A stretch of DNA of 64,000 nt from a virus (lineage: Duplodnaviria > Caudoviricetes): IMG/VR virus record IMGVR_UViG_3300047539_000055. The stretch is one strand, 5' to 3'. Every line of letters starts with the position of its first letter. Positions within the stretch are counted from its first letter, which is position 1. Positions 47,741 through 57,718 of this stretch are shown one piece after another. Position numbers and translations under genes: made by a program. Below the pieces are notes generated by a model. The model did not search any database. It saw only the letters and a program-made list of their open reading frames with translations, and was not told the DNA's origin.

Positions 47741-48238
47741 ATGGCAAACCCATTGATAAAAAAGGCAGTAATAACAAAAAAAGGATTTTTTAGAGTTAGA
47801 AGCGAAGCAAGCCTTTGTGGACACTTCTTACACCCCCAAAAAGGAATTACAACAGGAAATTCAAAATATGGAACACATAAGGTAGCAGTTTCTATTGCGC
47901 TTGATGGTAAGTATGATGATGATCAAATTGCGTTTGCCGCCGCTTGCGAAAGTTTTGAGTATAGTGGACGCTCTGGATATGCTTCAAAGGGTACAAAGCA
48001 GATCAAAGATCAAATTTGGAACACTGATAACAACGCACTGCGAGAATCTCGTGAGCAAAATTTTCCTATCAGCGTTTTTGTGGCGGAATGGGATGAGAAT
48101 GGTAAAAAGTTGGGATATCAACTTTTACCAGACAATTATTATGTTTGGGAAATAAAAGATGGCAATGTTGATGGTGTTACTCTTAATCCTCAAACTGGAC
48201 ATGCACAAATCAAGTTTGTTTTGAAACCTGGCAAGTGA
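47741..48238 (+). CDS. Stand-alone SRA/YDG (modified-cytosine binding) domain protein
   Basis: H..QKGI.....AVSIAL.GKYDDD...YSG.SG...Q.KDQ....N.AL..S....PI.V. Confidence 0.7.
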   Translation: MANPLIKKAVITKKGFFRVRSEASLCGHFLHPQKGITTGNSKYGTHKVAVSIALDGKYDDDQIAFAAACESFEYSGRSGYASKGTKQIKDQIWNTDNNALRESREQNFPISVFVAEWDENGKKLGYQLLPDNYYVWEIKDGNVDGVTLNPQTGHAQIKFVLKPGK

Positions 48239-48251
48239 AAATTTTGATAAA

Positions 48252-48905
48252 TTATTGATCTAAAAGGTCAGCATTCTTTCTAATCGTTTCCAATTCCTCA
48301 GTGACTTCTGCATTCACATCCCCGCCCCATTGATCAGCAAAAGCTGCCGCGATACCAGGAAAAGTACGATTACGAATCTTCACACGATCTTTGACTGGTG
48401 CGAATGCACTCCACTTCGCCATTACTTTTCCACTTTTGAGGGTAACTTGCTCACCACGATCAACAATATTGGTTGGAACAAGTTTTGGAAGATTCTTGAG
48501 CCATAGGCAAGTAGTTTTTTGAAAGCTATCTCCGAATTGATATGGCTGAATGATCTGATCTGGCTTGCGCCATAACGTACTCATGATTCCGACAGGGTTC
48601 TCAATTGCTAATTTTGGTATTTTGCAGTTTGCAACGGCCATAAAAAACTCAATTCCTTTTTGTTGTCTGCCGTCTGCTCTTTTTTCTTTAAACCATCTGG
48701 CTCCGGAAACAGTAAGGTGTGTACATGGAGGGTGCATAATACCCAAGTCCCACGAGCCGTCGTTCATAATTTCAAGCAAGTCACCGTGGATATGATTTCC
48801 ACCAGTTTCAGAGGCTTCTAAATCACAGGAATAGGCTTCATGGCCTAGTGCTTTGAAGGCATCTCTGGTCCGACCACTGAACTCACAACCGATTAAAACG
48901 CGCAT
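48252..48905 (-). CDS. Short phage-type DNA cytosine methyltransferase
   Basis: VLIGCEFSG, HPPCT, IENPV, IQPYQFG, K.TCLWL, R.RTFPGIA.A.ADQWG. Confidence 0.8.
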   Translation of the reverse strand: MRVLIGCEFSGRTRDAFKALGHEAYSCDLEASETGGNHIHGDLLEIMNDGSWDLGIMHPPCTHLTVSGARWFKEKRADGRQQKGIEFFMAVANCKIPKLAIENPVGIMSTLWRKPDQIIQPYQFGDSFQKTTCLWLKNLPKLVPTNIVDRGEQVTLKSGKVMAKWSAFAPVKDRVKIRNRTFPGIAAAFADQWGGDVNAEVTEELETIRKNADLLDQ

Positions 48906-48976
48906 GATTCAATACCTCTGAGGTATTTAGCAATAACCTATTGACAAATGGCTCCCCACCATAGTATAATCATAAT

Positions 48977-49480
48977 ATGATTCTAAAAATTGTCAAATAC
49001 CCCGATCCAATTCTCTCCCAAGTCGGAGAAGCTATCACTGAATTCAATGCGGATTTACATACGCTGATAGCCGACTTGTTTGAAACCACCTATGCCAATC
49101 AAGGTATTGGTTTATCAGCACATCAAGTAGGCATAGCAAAGCGTGTGGCTGTAATTGATATCAGTAGAGGCGAGAGTTCCGCAGACAAATTAGTACTTAT
49201 CAATCCTGAGATTATTTTCAAAGAAAGATTTATGTATGAAGAAGAAGGATGTCTCAGCTTCTCCCCAGATATTCGTGAAAAAATTGTTCGCTATGCCAAA
49301 GTAACGGTTCGCTCTCAGAATGAACAAGGCGAGTGGTTTGAGATGGACGGTGAAAATCTATTGTCAAGGGCGATGCAACACGAGATAGACCACCTTGATG
49401 GAATATTGTTTATTTTTCGTATGAGTTCTCTCAAGCGCAATCTTAATATGCGTAAAATTCGCAAGATGCAACAGAAATGA
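48977..49480 (+). CDS. def: Peptide deformylase
   Basis: GIGLSAHQ, EGCLS, QHEIDHLDG. Confidence 0.95.
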   Translation: MILKIVKYPDPILSQVGEAITEFNADLHTLIADLFETTYANQGIGLSAHQVGIAKRVAVIDISRGESSADKLVLINPEIIFKERFMYEEEGCLSFSPDIREKIVRYAKVTVRSQNEQGEWFEMDGENLLSRAMQHEIDHLDGILFIFRMSSLKRNLNMRKIRKMQQK

Positions 49481-49483
49481 CTT

Positions 49484-50518
49484 ATGGAATCCGCACTACA
49501 AACTCGCGATTCGTTCCGCAATGGAGTCTTCCAGCGCGATAAGAATTTGTGTGTCATTTGTGGCAAAGCAGGGCAAGATGCCCATCACATTATGGAAAGA
49601 CGACTTTTCCCTGATGGTGGATATTATTTTGATAACGGTGCTGTCGTTTGCGGCGAGTGTCATATCAAAGCTGAACAAACCTTAATCACAACTGAAGAAT
49701 TGAGAGAAGCGATTGGCATTGAAACTGTCATTCTTCCGCCACATTTGTATCCAGATCAACGATACGATAAATGGGGAAATCCAATTATTGACAATGGAAT
49801 GAGACTTCGTGGAGAACTTTTCGAGGATGTAAGTGTTCAGAAAGTTCTTGCGCCTGTTCTACATTTGTTTTCTTACAAGGTAAAATATCCGCGTACATTT
49901 CACTTACCTTGGAGTCCTGGCGCAACTAAAGATGACAGAATGCTTTCAACGGATGTTGTTGACTCTTGGAATTGGGAAGTGGTTATAACCGAGAAAATGG
50001 ATGGAGAAAATACTACCCTATACAAAAATGATTTACACGCGAGAAGTCTTGACTACGAACCACATCCAAGCCGTAATAAGATCAAGGCACTCCATAGTCA
50101 GATTGGATACAATATTCCGGATAATTGGAGAATCTGTGTAGAAAACCTGACAGCGGTTCACTCAATCAAATATATGAATTTACCTTCTATCTGTGCTGTG
50201 TTTAGCATATGGGATGGATGCAGTTGTATGAGTTGGGATGATACTGTTACGTTTGCTCAGGTGTTGAACTTGGATACCGTGCCTGTTATTTGGCGCGGAA
50301 TGTGGAATCAATTTGACAGCGAATCTTTTGGGTTGAATTTAGCTAAACAGCTTGATACTATCAAACAAGAAGGGTATGTCATTCGTCCAGCCGCATCGTT
50401 TCAGTTCAAAGATTTCCGAACTATGGTTGGCAAGTATGTTCGCGCCAAACACGTACAAACTCATGGACATTGGATGCGCCAAAAAATAGATTTCAATATT
50501 GTCAATCCTATGCTATAA
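49484..50518 (+). CDS. HNH domain fused to ATP-dependent RNA ligase (Rnl2-like)
   Basis: RD...CVIC...DAHHI...C..CH; KYPRTFHLPWSPG, TEKMDGEN, EGYVIR, KYVR. Confidence 0.8.
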   Translation: MESALQTRDSFRNGVFQRDKNLCVICGKAGQDAHHIMERRLFPDGGYYFDNGAVVCGECHIKAEQTLITTEELREAIGIETVILPPHLYPDQRYDKWGNPIIDNGMRLRGELFEDVSVQKVLAPVLHLFSYKVKYPRTFHLPWSPGATKDDRMLSTDVVDSWNWEVVITEKMDGENTTLYKNDLHARSLDYEPHPSRNKIKALHSQIGYNIPDNWRICVENLTAVHSIKYMNLPSICAVFSIWDGCSCMSWDDTVTFAQVLNLDTVPVIWRGMWNQFDSESFGLNLAKQLDTIKQEGYVIRPAASFQFKDFRTMVGKYVRAKHVQTHGHWMRQKIDFNIVNPML

Positions 50519-50526
50519 TTAGAAAC

Positions 50527-51534
50527 ATGAAAACAATTCTAGTAACTGGTGGTTGCGGTTTTATCGGTTCAAATTTTATTTTACAATATCTAAAAAATCA
50601 TCCTAATGACAATATCGTAAATTTAGACTTGCTTACCTATGCGGCCAACAAAGAAAATTTGAAAGAATTAGAAGATGATAGGAGATACTCCTTTGTTTTT
50701 GGCAATGTTTGTGATGGTGACTTAATCAACTATATTTTGGATTATTATCAACCATCTTCTGTAGTTCATTTTGCCGCTGAAACGCATGTGGATCGCTCTA
50801 TTACTGGGCCAGCCGCGTTCATTCAAACTAATATTGTGGGAACTTTTACATTGTTGGAAGCCCTCCGTAAATATTGGCTAAGTTTTAATTCTGTATTCTC
50901 TACATTTCGTATGGTTCATGTAAGCACCGATGAAGTGTATGGTTCTCTGAGTTTTACCGATCTTCCATTTTCTGAAACAACACCTTACGCACCCAATAGT
51001 CCATATTCGGCAAGCAAAGCCGCCGCCGATCATTTAGTGCGTTCATACTTTCATACATATGGATTCCCTGCCATTATCACCAATTGTTCAAATAACTATG
51101 GCCCTTTTCAATTTGAAGAAAAGTTGATTCCCCATATGATTAATTGTGCCATAACTGGGAAGAAACTTCCGGTTTATGGTAATGGAAAAAATGTTCGTGA
51201 TTGGTTATATGTTGAAGATCATTGTTCTGCTTTAGAAGCGGTTCTTGAAAAAGGTGTAGTCGGTGAAAAATACAATATTGGTGGCAATTGTGAAATGAAC
51301 AATGTTGAACTGGTTCATTGTATTTGTAGTATTTTGGACAAGCTAAAGCCAACAATTTTTAAGTATAAGGATCAAATAGAATTTGTAACTGATAGAGCAG
51401 GACACGATCTACGATACGCAATTGACAGCACAAAAATACAAAATGAACTTGGTTGGAAGCCACAACAATCTTTTGATTCTGGGTTAGAAAAAACTATTGA
51501 ATGGTACTTGAAACAGTGGCCTTCTGTGGTATAA
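50527..51534 (+). CDS. rfbB: dTDP-glucose 4,6-dehydratase
   Basis: GGCGFIG, HFAAETHVDRSI, STDEVYG, YSASK, CSNNYGP, DR.GHD.RY. Confidence 0.95.
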   Translation: MKTILVTGGCGFIGSNFILQYLKNHPNDNIVNLDLLTYAANKENLKELEDDRRYSFVFGNVCDGDLINYILDYYQPSSVVHFAAETHVDRSITGPAAFIQTNIVGTFTLLEALRKYWLSFNSVFSTFRMVHVSTDEVYGSLSFTDLPFSETTPYAPNSPYSASKAAADHLVRSYFHTYGFPAIITNCSNNYGPFQFEEKLIPHMINCAITGKKLPVYGNGKNVRDWLYVEDHCSALEAVLEKGVVGEKYNIGGNCEMNNVELVHCICSILDKLKPTIFKYKDQIEFVTDRAGHDLRYAIDSTKIQNELGWKPQQSFDSGLEKTIEWYLKQWPSVV

Positions 51535-51652
51535 TAAAAACATGGATACGAGGCTATAAAAGACCTACTCTGCTAAATACAGACGAACATCTCCGCGCCC
51601 AATTCACATTGGGCCATTTTTATACATAAAATACACAAAGAGGTATCATAAA

Positions 51653-54238
51653 TTGAACGCAACTATTGCCATAAATATTCGTCCTCATCAAGTCACAACT
51701 TTTCAAGATTCATTCAGCCAAGAAGTATGGAGAACAACTTATAAGGATCACAAAGATAACGATATCAACGATACTTTTTGGCGAGTAGCAACTGCCATAG
51801 CGAGTGTTGAAATTACAGAAGACCTTCGACAAAAGTGGGCAAACAATTTTTATGAAATGATGACTTCATTTCGTGTTGTTCCCGGCGGTAGAATCGTTGC
51901 CAATGCCGGAACAGATTTCAAAGGGACTTCCCTAATCAATTGTTTTGTTTCACCATCACCGATACACGATGCAGATAGCATGGTTGGAATTCTTGAAACT
52001 CTAAGAGCGCAAACGTTAACATTGAAAAGTGAAGGTGGCTGGGGACATAATTTTTCAGTTCTTAGACCGCGAGGAGCATTCATTAATGGTATTGGTGTTG
52101 AGACTCCTGGTTCAGTTAAATTCATGGAGTTATTTGATAAGAGTAGTGAAATTATTACGGCCGGTTCTGGTACAAAAAGCCTGAACAAAAAAGCAAAGGG
52201 TAAGATTCGTAAGGGCGCAATGATGGGTGTTTTGGACGTATGGCACCCGGATATTATTGAATTCATCACAGCAAAGCAAACGAGTAATCGGCTTCAAAAA
52301 TTCAATGTCAGTGTAAATTGCGTTGATGAATTTATGGAGCAAGTTCTGAAAGTTTATGATCTGAAGAAAAAAGGATTACAAAGTGAAGCAGAGCAGATTA
52401 CTTGGGATTTGATCTTTCCAGAACCCACACACGCCAAATATAAAAAAGAATGGAAGGGTGATATTCGGGATTGGAAAGCAAAAGGCTATCCGATTCATAT
52501 TTACAAAACTGTCAAAGTTGAGTGGCTTTGGAATCTGATTACGCAAAGCACATATAATCGTAACGAGCCTGGTGTTCTATTTTTAGATCGGGCGAACAAG
52601 TTCAATCAACTCAATTACGCCGAAAAAATTGTATCCACAAACCCTTGTGGTGAACAACAATTATCTCATGCAAATGTTTGTTGTCTTGCAACTCTCAATC
52701 TCACACAATTTATCAATGTTGACCATACTGGTTTTGATCATGTAAAGATTAGAAAGTATACGAAGTATATGGTGAGATTTCTTGATAATGTTGATACCTA
52801 CAGTGATGCTCCGCTTCCAGAATATGTTGAATCAATGCGTAAGAAGAGACGCATTGGTTGTGGACTTATGGGATGGGGAAGCGCGTTGTATATGCTGAAG
52901 GTTCGCTTTGGTTCTAAGGAAGCCGCCGAACTTCGCAATGAATTATTGAAGACTTTTACACACGCTGGAGTTGAAGCATCATTGGATTTGGCCGACGAAA
53001 AGGGCATGTTTGAATTGTGTGAGCCTGAGAAGCATGTATTGAGTCCTTATTGGGACAATATTGATTTGCCAATAGCCCTTCGTAACAGAATGCGTAAAAA
53101 TGGTATTCGTAACAGTTCATTATTTTCAATGCAACCCAATGGTAATTCAAGTATCTTTGCCAACATATTAACTGGTGGTATTGAACCTGTATTCCTGCAA
53201 GATTATACACGCACTGTTATTGTTGGGGAGATGCCAGAACACATCAAGGATGTAACGCCACTTTGGTATCAAGGTGAATGGCATGAAACATCTATGTTTA
53301 AGTTTGTTCAAGAAGGTGATGAACAAATTCTTCGTGGTGTGGATAAGAATGGTACGGTTTATAAGATTGACAAAAATCGTGGACTTACCAAGGAAGTAAC
53401 TTGCCAGGATTATGGTGTTCGTTATCTAATCAATCTTGGAGAGTGGAATCCAAAAGCAAAGTGGGCTGTAACAACTGATGATATATCTGTGGCAGATCAT
53501 ATTTCTGATTTGAAAGGATTTGCCAAGGCAGTTGATAGTGCTTGTTCAAAGACTGTCAACCTGCCAAACGATTATAATTTTGAAGATTTTCAAAACATCT
53601 ATTTGGATGCTTACAAGACCGGCTTTATCAAAGGATTGACCACTTTTAGAGCTGGAACAATGACTACGGTTTTGTCAGCGACAGATCAAAAAACGGATTT
53701 GGATGAAGAAATTATTTTGGCAGATGTAAAAGTTCCAGATAATGGAATTGCGGAAGTAAAGGTATTACGTGATCATGAAGGTGGAAGTAGTCGTAAATGG
53801 TATGTAACAGTTATGTTGAACGAAAATAAAGCACCAATTGCATTATTTGTGCAAACGAATGCTATGGAAAAAACAGTTACAACAAATGATGCAATTGATA
53901 GGCTTTTAACTCTTGCTCATAGGAAAGGCATTCCTGAAAAATTTGTGACGGGGGTTGAACATAAGTTTATTGGAGATAATAATAGTACTAAAATTGCAAG
54001 AGCAATTGGCTTGTTATTACGTCATGGAGTTCGTATTAAAAATATAGTTGCAGAAATTGATAAAATAGAAGGAATAACTTTTTCAAGCTTTCTTTTTCAT
54101 ATAAAGAAATTGCTTTCGAGTTATGTTAAGGACGGAGAAAAACTGGTTGGTGTCAAATGCATTGAATGTGATGGTCAATTGGTTTATGAATCTGGTTGTC
54201 AAAAATGCATAAATTGTGGTAACAGTAAATGTGGATAA
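51653..54238 (+). CDS. nrdJ: Ribonucleotide reductase, class II (B12-dependent, NrdJ-like)
   Basis: PGGR, NCFV, FNVSV, EPGVLF, TNPCGEQ, SKTVNLP, C-terminal Zn ribbon ESGC..C..CG.SKC; TTG start with GAGG. Confidence 0.85.
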   Translation: MNATIAINIRPHQVTTFQDSFSQEVWRTTYKDHKDNDINDTFWRVATAIASVEITEDLRQKWANNFYEMMTSFRVVPGGRIVANAGTDFKGTSLINCFVSPSPIHDADSMVGILETLRAQTLTLKSEGGWGHNFSVLRPRGAFINGIGVETPGSVKFMELFDKSSEIITAGSGTKSLNKKAKGKIRKGAMMGVLDVWHPDIIEFITAKQTSNRLQKFNVSVNCVDEFMEQVLKVYDLKKKGLQSEAEQITWDLIFPEPTHAKYKKEWKGDIRDWKAKGYPIHIYKTVKVEWLWNLITQSTYNRNEPGVLFLDRANKFNQLNYAEKIVSTNPCGEQQLSHANVCCLATLNLTQFINVDHTGFDHVKIRKYTKYMVRFLDNVDTYSDAPLPEYVESMRKKRRIGCGLMGWGSALYMLKVRFGSKEAAELRNELLKTFTHAGVEASLDLADEKGMFELCEPEKHVLSPYWDNIDLPIALRNRMRKNGIRNSSLFSMQPNGNSSIFANILTGGIEPVFLQDYTRTVIVGEMPEHIKDVTPLWYQGEWHETSMFKFVQEGDEQILRGVDKNGTVYKIDKNRGLTKEVTCQDYGVRYLINLGEWNPKAKWAVTTDDISVADHISDLKGFAKAVDSACSKTVNLPNDYNFEDFQNIYLDAYKTGFIKGLTTFRAGTMTTVLSATDQKTDLDEEIILADVKVPDNGIAEVKVLRDHEGGSSRKWYVTVMLNENKAPIALFVQTNAMEKTVTTNDAIDRLLTLAHRKGIPEKFVTGVEHKFIGDNNSTKIARAIGLLLRHGVRIKNIVAEIDKIEGITFSSFLFHIKKLLSSYVKDGEKLVGVKCIECDGQLVYESGCQKCINCGNSKCG

Positions 54239-54250
54239 AAAGAGTCTTAC

Positions 54251-55147
54251 TTATGGATTTATTCTTTTTCTTTTAGGATTTTTGATGAATCCTCTGACGA
54301 ATCCAATGCTTTCATAATATGGCAATTCATTTCTAACAATTTTTTTCTTTTCTCGTGTAATTAAATTGAAAATTCCGATTCTACCCTTATTTGGAATTTT
54401 AGATGTTTCGATGCGATTCCAATCTTTTGAACGTCTTCCACGTAAATAACCTCGTTGAAGATAATCATTAAGTTCAGTGGGTAAAATTCTTTTTTCTAAA
54501 TTTAGTTTTCTATGGAATACTGTTATGGTTTGTGAAATTGTAATAGACCTTTTTAAATTTGCTTCATTTGTCTGTTGTTTTGTACCTTTGCTTAGTACAT
54601 ATCCCATTGCCAAAAATTTACTGAAATTATTCGGATGAATACGGCGTTCTTGTAAAGTTGTTGGATTAATCAAATATACATATTCATGTTGACGAATTGC
54701 TTGTGCTAACTTGCTGGCTTCTGTTCTTTTTAAACCAAACGCAGGATTATTTTTACCTATATTGGCTTCATAAGCACACAGTTTTACATATTCATATTGT
54801 TTAGATCGTAAAATCCTAATAGGAGTTCTTTTAGATTTTGCAAAACATTGAATTGCCCATCTACACTGTTTATAAAATATTGATCCTTTTGAAAACATTT
54901 TGGTTAATAATTTATGGCATATAAAATGTTCTCTTCCTGTTAGATATACATAATTTAATAAATCTTTTTCACCACCCAAGGCAAATGATTTTGGAAGAAT
55001 ATGATGCTTTTCAGTATATCCACAAATCAGATTTGCGTCCTTTTTATTTGTAGCGCGGATTTTCGCTCTAGCACAAATGGCTAGATATGTATTTGTATAT
55101 TTTGGTTTGGGATTCAATGATAAAAGTGTGGTAATATAAATATTCAT
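54251..55147 (-). CDS. Free-standing HNH homing endonuclease (MobE-like)
   Basis: YTEKHHILPKS..GG....N.V.LT.REHFICH.LL; repeated DNA-binding modules; next to nrdJ. Confidence 0.85.
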   Translation of the reverse strand: MNIYITTLLSLNPKPKYTNTYLAICARAKIRATNKKDANLICGYTEKHHILPKSFALGGEKDLLNYVYLTGREHFICHKLLTKMFSKGSIFYKQCRWAIQCFAKSKRTPIRILRSKQYEYVKLCAYEANIGKNNPAFGLKRTEASKLAQAIRQHEYVYLINPTTLQERRIHPNNFSKFLAMGYVLSKGTKQQTNEANLKRSITISQTITVFHRKLNLEKRILPTELNDYLQRGYLRGRRSKDWNRIETSKIPNKGRIGIFNLITREKKKIVRNELPYYESIGFVRGFIKNPKRKRINP

Positions 55148-55213
55148 ATGCTGTTGCCTCCCTTGGCGATAGGGCAGTTGGGTCTTCATACCGCGAACTG
55201 CAATAGTATTTAT
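55136..55213 (-). ncRNA. Structured leader element (copy B)
   Basis: ATAAATA..GCAGTTCGCGG..CCCAACTGCCCTA..GAGG..CAGC..ATG..TATTTAT on minus strand. Confidence 0.6.
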
Positions 55214-55222
55214 ACAAATAAT

Positions 55223-55516
55223 TTATCTTGCCAGCATATAAATCATTACATACGCGGTATCAACCAAGGTGCATTGATCTGGTTTTCTATACACTTTTTT
55301 GTTAGCAACATCAGCCTTGCAATTTTGCTCTTTCCAAGTTCTTTCCAGAACCAATTGGTCTGTTCGTTGAATTGTTCTGCGCGTTTTATTTGCTCCGAGT
55401 CGCGGTCCTTGTTCTCGTATTTCAATGACGCGAAATAATTCAATATTACCACGATCCCATGGCGCGGTTACATAATCATCAACTTTTATTTCTCTACCGA
55501 TAAAATCAACTACCAT
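55223..55516 (-). CDS. Small protein, DFIGREIKVDDYV family
   Basis: AAAGGA SD; ends YVMIYMLAR. Confidence 0.6.
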   Translation of the reverse strand: MVVDFIGREIKVDDYVTAPWDRGNIELFRVIEIREQGPRLGANKTRRTIQRTDQLVLERTWKEQNCKADVANKKVYRKPDQCTLVDTAYVMIYMLAR

Positions 55517-55713
55517 TGTGATTCCTTTCTTGGTTGAGCGTATAACCATGATGTAGTTGAATCACACCAACATGGTTGTAATTTTTTATTTTCGTGAATC
55601 CAATTTGAATAGTCACCTGCATGAAATATAAATATTCGTTTTCCACAATTTTTGCAGAGAACTATCATGCCGAGTTTTTCGGCCATCAATTCGGTGTCAG
55701 GTATTTCAATCAC
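55510..55713 (-). CDS. Small Zn-finger hypothetical protein
   Basis: TTGACA-17-TATAAT-N6-GTG. Confidence 0.55.
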   Translation of the reverse strand: MIEIPDTELMAEKLGMIVLCKNCGKRIFIFHAGDYSNWIHENKKLQPCWCDSTTSWLYAQPRKESQW

Positions 55714-55786
55714 ATTTTCATTATATAAGAATTTAGTCCAGTTGTCAAGTTTTCTAAGTTATAGAAAACAAAGAAGTTATATTTTC

Positions 55787-55815
55787 TTGACTTTTATTCG
55801 GTAATTTGGTATACT
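55787..55815 (+). promoter_or_regulatory. Early promoter (divergent pair)
   Basis: TTGACT-17-TATACT. Confidence 0.8.
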
Positions 55816-55838
55816 ATATTTGTGGTTGAGGAAAACAA

Positions 55839-56159
55839 ATGACTGAGTTGACTCGCGAAGGAATTGTTGAGTTGCTGAAAAAGAGTGACAAGGCGGTTTG
55901 CCGCGCTCTTTTGGTTATCAATTCTAATCAGACCGCAGATGAGCAAATTTCCGAAACAACTACACATCTTAATGGGCGTGGTTTTCGCCCATTTCACGCC
56001 GCTATCGGCACTTCAATGGCAAATTTCTATCAGCGCAATTCGTATCTCACGCCAAAGCAGATTGCATATTGGCGCAAGACTGATTGCAAAGGAAACATGA
56101 ATATTGGATTGTATTGGAAACAGTTGGTGGAAGCTGCAAAGCAGAAAGCGAGTGTATAA
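55839..56159 (+). CDS. Conserved early hypothetical protein
   Basis: GAGGA SD; QTADEQ....T...NG.GF. Confidence 0.7.
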   Translation: MTELTREGIVELLKKSDKAVCRALLVINSNQTADEQISETTTHLNGRGFRPFHAAIGTSMANFYQRNSYLTPKQIAYWRKTDCKGNMNIGLYWKQLVEAAKQKASV

Positions 56160-56863
56160 TGAACGTTGAATTTCCGTCTATTGTCAATACTGAAAAGTAT
56201 TTGTTTGTTTTTGATTCCGAGCAATATGGAAGTTCGTCCACTGCCCCTGTGTTGCAGAATTTTTTGGTGAAGATTCGCTGTGGGGATGGATGGGGTTTTT
56301 CTTCACCGATTGCTATGCCTTTGGTTGGCGAATATCTCGCGTCATTGGCTACAGTGATGTTGGAAAACGATGAACTGTGTAAGGCATTGTATTACACACT
56401 CAATTGCAGATTCAGTGACGAAGATATAACTTTCGCAAGCAAAGTCGTGTATGGCAAAAAGAAGAAATACTATTCACGACATTTTTCTCGCGTTTCAACT
56501 GTATCTATGAAACAATACGATACACGCTGGAAAGAAGTAAACGAGTATATGGATGGTTCTCCAAATAGCATCATAAATATTTTGACGGGTGATTATCCCC
56601 GCTCGACTTTGGAACAGTATTTTTTGGCCGAAAAGGTTCGTACTTGGCTGTTTGCAGATCGTAAGCGTTCGCGTAAGTTTAGTATGGATGGTGCAGCCGA
56701 ATATGTAGGTTGGACACATAATTTTACACAAGAACGGGCAATTGAAAAAGCAATGTCAGCTTGTAAGTCGGCATTGACAATTTACAGAGAGAAGCTGGCC
56801 TTCAAGGAACATCTTGAAGATTTTACCAGAAACGCAATGGTAGTCAAACTGGAACAGGAATAA
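56159..56863 (+). CDS. Hypothetical protein ending MVVKLEQE
   Basis: TAATG coupling. Confidence 0.65.
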   Translation: MNVEFPSIVNTEKYLFVFDSEQYGSSSTAPVLQNFLVKIRCGDGWGFSSPIAMPLVGEYLASLATVMLENDELCKALYYTLNCRFSDEDITFASKVVYGKKKKYYSRHFSRVSTVSMKQYDTRWKEVNEYMDGSPNSIINILTGDYPRSTLEQYFLAEKVRTWLFADRKRSRKFSMDGAAEYVGWTHNFTQERAIEKAMSACKSALTIYREKLAFKEHLEDFTRNAMVVKLEQE

Positions 56864-56879
56864 GAAAGAGGAAAATGAT

Positions 56880-57083
56880 ATGATGGGAGCATCTGGTTAC
56901 AAGGCAAAGAAGGATTTGAAGGCGAGTGTTGGAAAGCCTTTGGGTTATGTTGAAACTTCACTGTTTGGCACTGAGTATAAGCCAAATGGAAAATTCTGTG
57001 TGGTTGGCCCCGATGCGTATAATGATCGGCGCTGGTATGCAGAAGTCACAATGGAAAATGGGTTGATAAAAAAAGTTACCTAA
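56880..57083 (+). CDS. Conserved small phage protein
   Basis: Y..KK.LK..VGK.L.Y.ETS.FG.EY. Confidence 0.65.
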   Translation: MMGASGYKAKKDLKASVGKPLGYVETSLFGTEYKPNGKFCVVGPDAYNDRRWYAEVTMENGLIKKVT

Positions 57084-57319
57084 TGAAAAATTGGCCTACT
57101 TTAAAGGCGGTCTTAGGAGCATTGGCAATAGCGTTTATAATACTATTGCCAATGATCCATTTGTTGACCATTCCAGCAATGCCGTGGATATTGGTTTTCA
57201 AAATTGATGGTATTGGTTGTGGCGCTATGGCTCCAATTCTTATTATATTTGGTTGGATGCAAGATCGCGAATATCGCAGACACATTGGACGAGAGATGCT
57301 TAGAAAGTTTGAGTCTTAG
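57083..57319 (+). CDS. Small membrane protein ending EMLRKFES
   Basis: Two hydrophobic segments plus tag. Confidence 0.65.
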   Translation: MKNWPTLKAVLGALAIAFIILLPMIHLLTIPAMPWILVFKIDGIGCGAMAPILIIFGWMQDREYRRHIGREMLRKFES

Positions 57320-57472
57320 ATAAACCATTCCCCAATATATTTTGAGGGATAGTAATAGGCATTGCGTTGCTTTGGCAATAGATTCATGGCAAAGCATAGA
57401 CCAATTGTGGCGAAGCCAACAAGAAACGCGAATTTTGCTGAAGTGTTCATAAGGGTATTTATCGGAGAACTG

Positions 57473-57718
57473 ATGATTGATATGTTTGGTAAAGAATTGG
57501 AGATTGGCGATTATGTTATGTATTACGAACGAGTGCCATATACGAATCCAAGAAGAAAATTTTTGGCAGTAATCAGCAAGTATGCATATGAAAGCGATTA
57601 TACTGCATTGATCAGTTTTTATCCAACACGGCAGAGTGCCAATTTAGCTGTAAAATCTTCGGAAATTGAAAAATTATTGCCCGAACAAGCGATGTTATTG
57701 ATGTTGGAGTATGTATGA
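57473..57718 (+). CDS. Small protein, DxxG..I.GD family
   Basis: GGAG SD; ends EQAMLLMLEYV. Confidence 0.7.
   Translation: MIDMFGKELEIGDYVMYYERVPYTNPRRKFLAVISKYAYESDYTALISFYPTRQSANLAVKSSEIEKLLPEQAMLLMLEYV

Noticed and set aside
51653-54238. Intein or intron in the RNR (also checked by eye in ligA and phoH)
   Set aside because: ORFs are continuous, of normal length, with no intein terminal motifs or LAGLIDADG insert
55148-55438. Plus-strand 96-aa ORF and the 14-codon extension of the HNH gene to 55189
   Set aside because: Both overlap the structured leader; SD and homology with copy A place the true start at 55147
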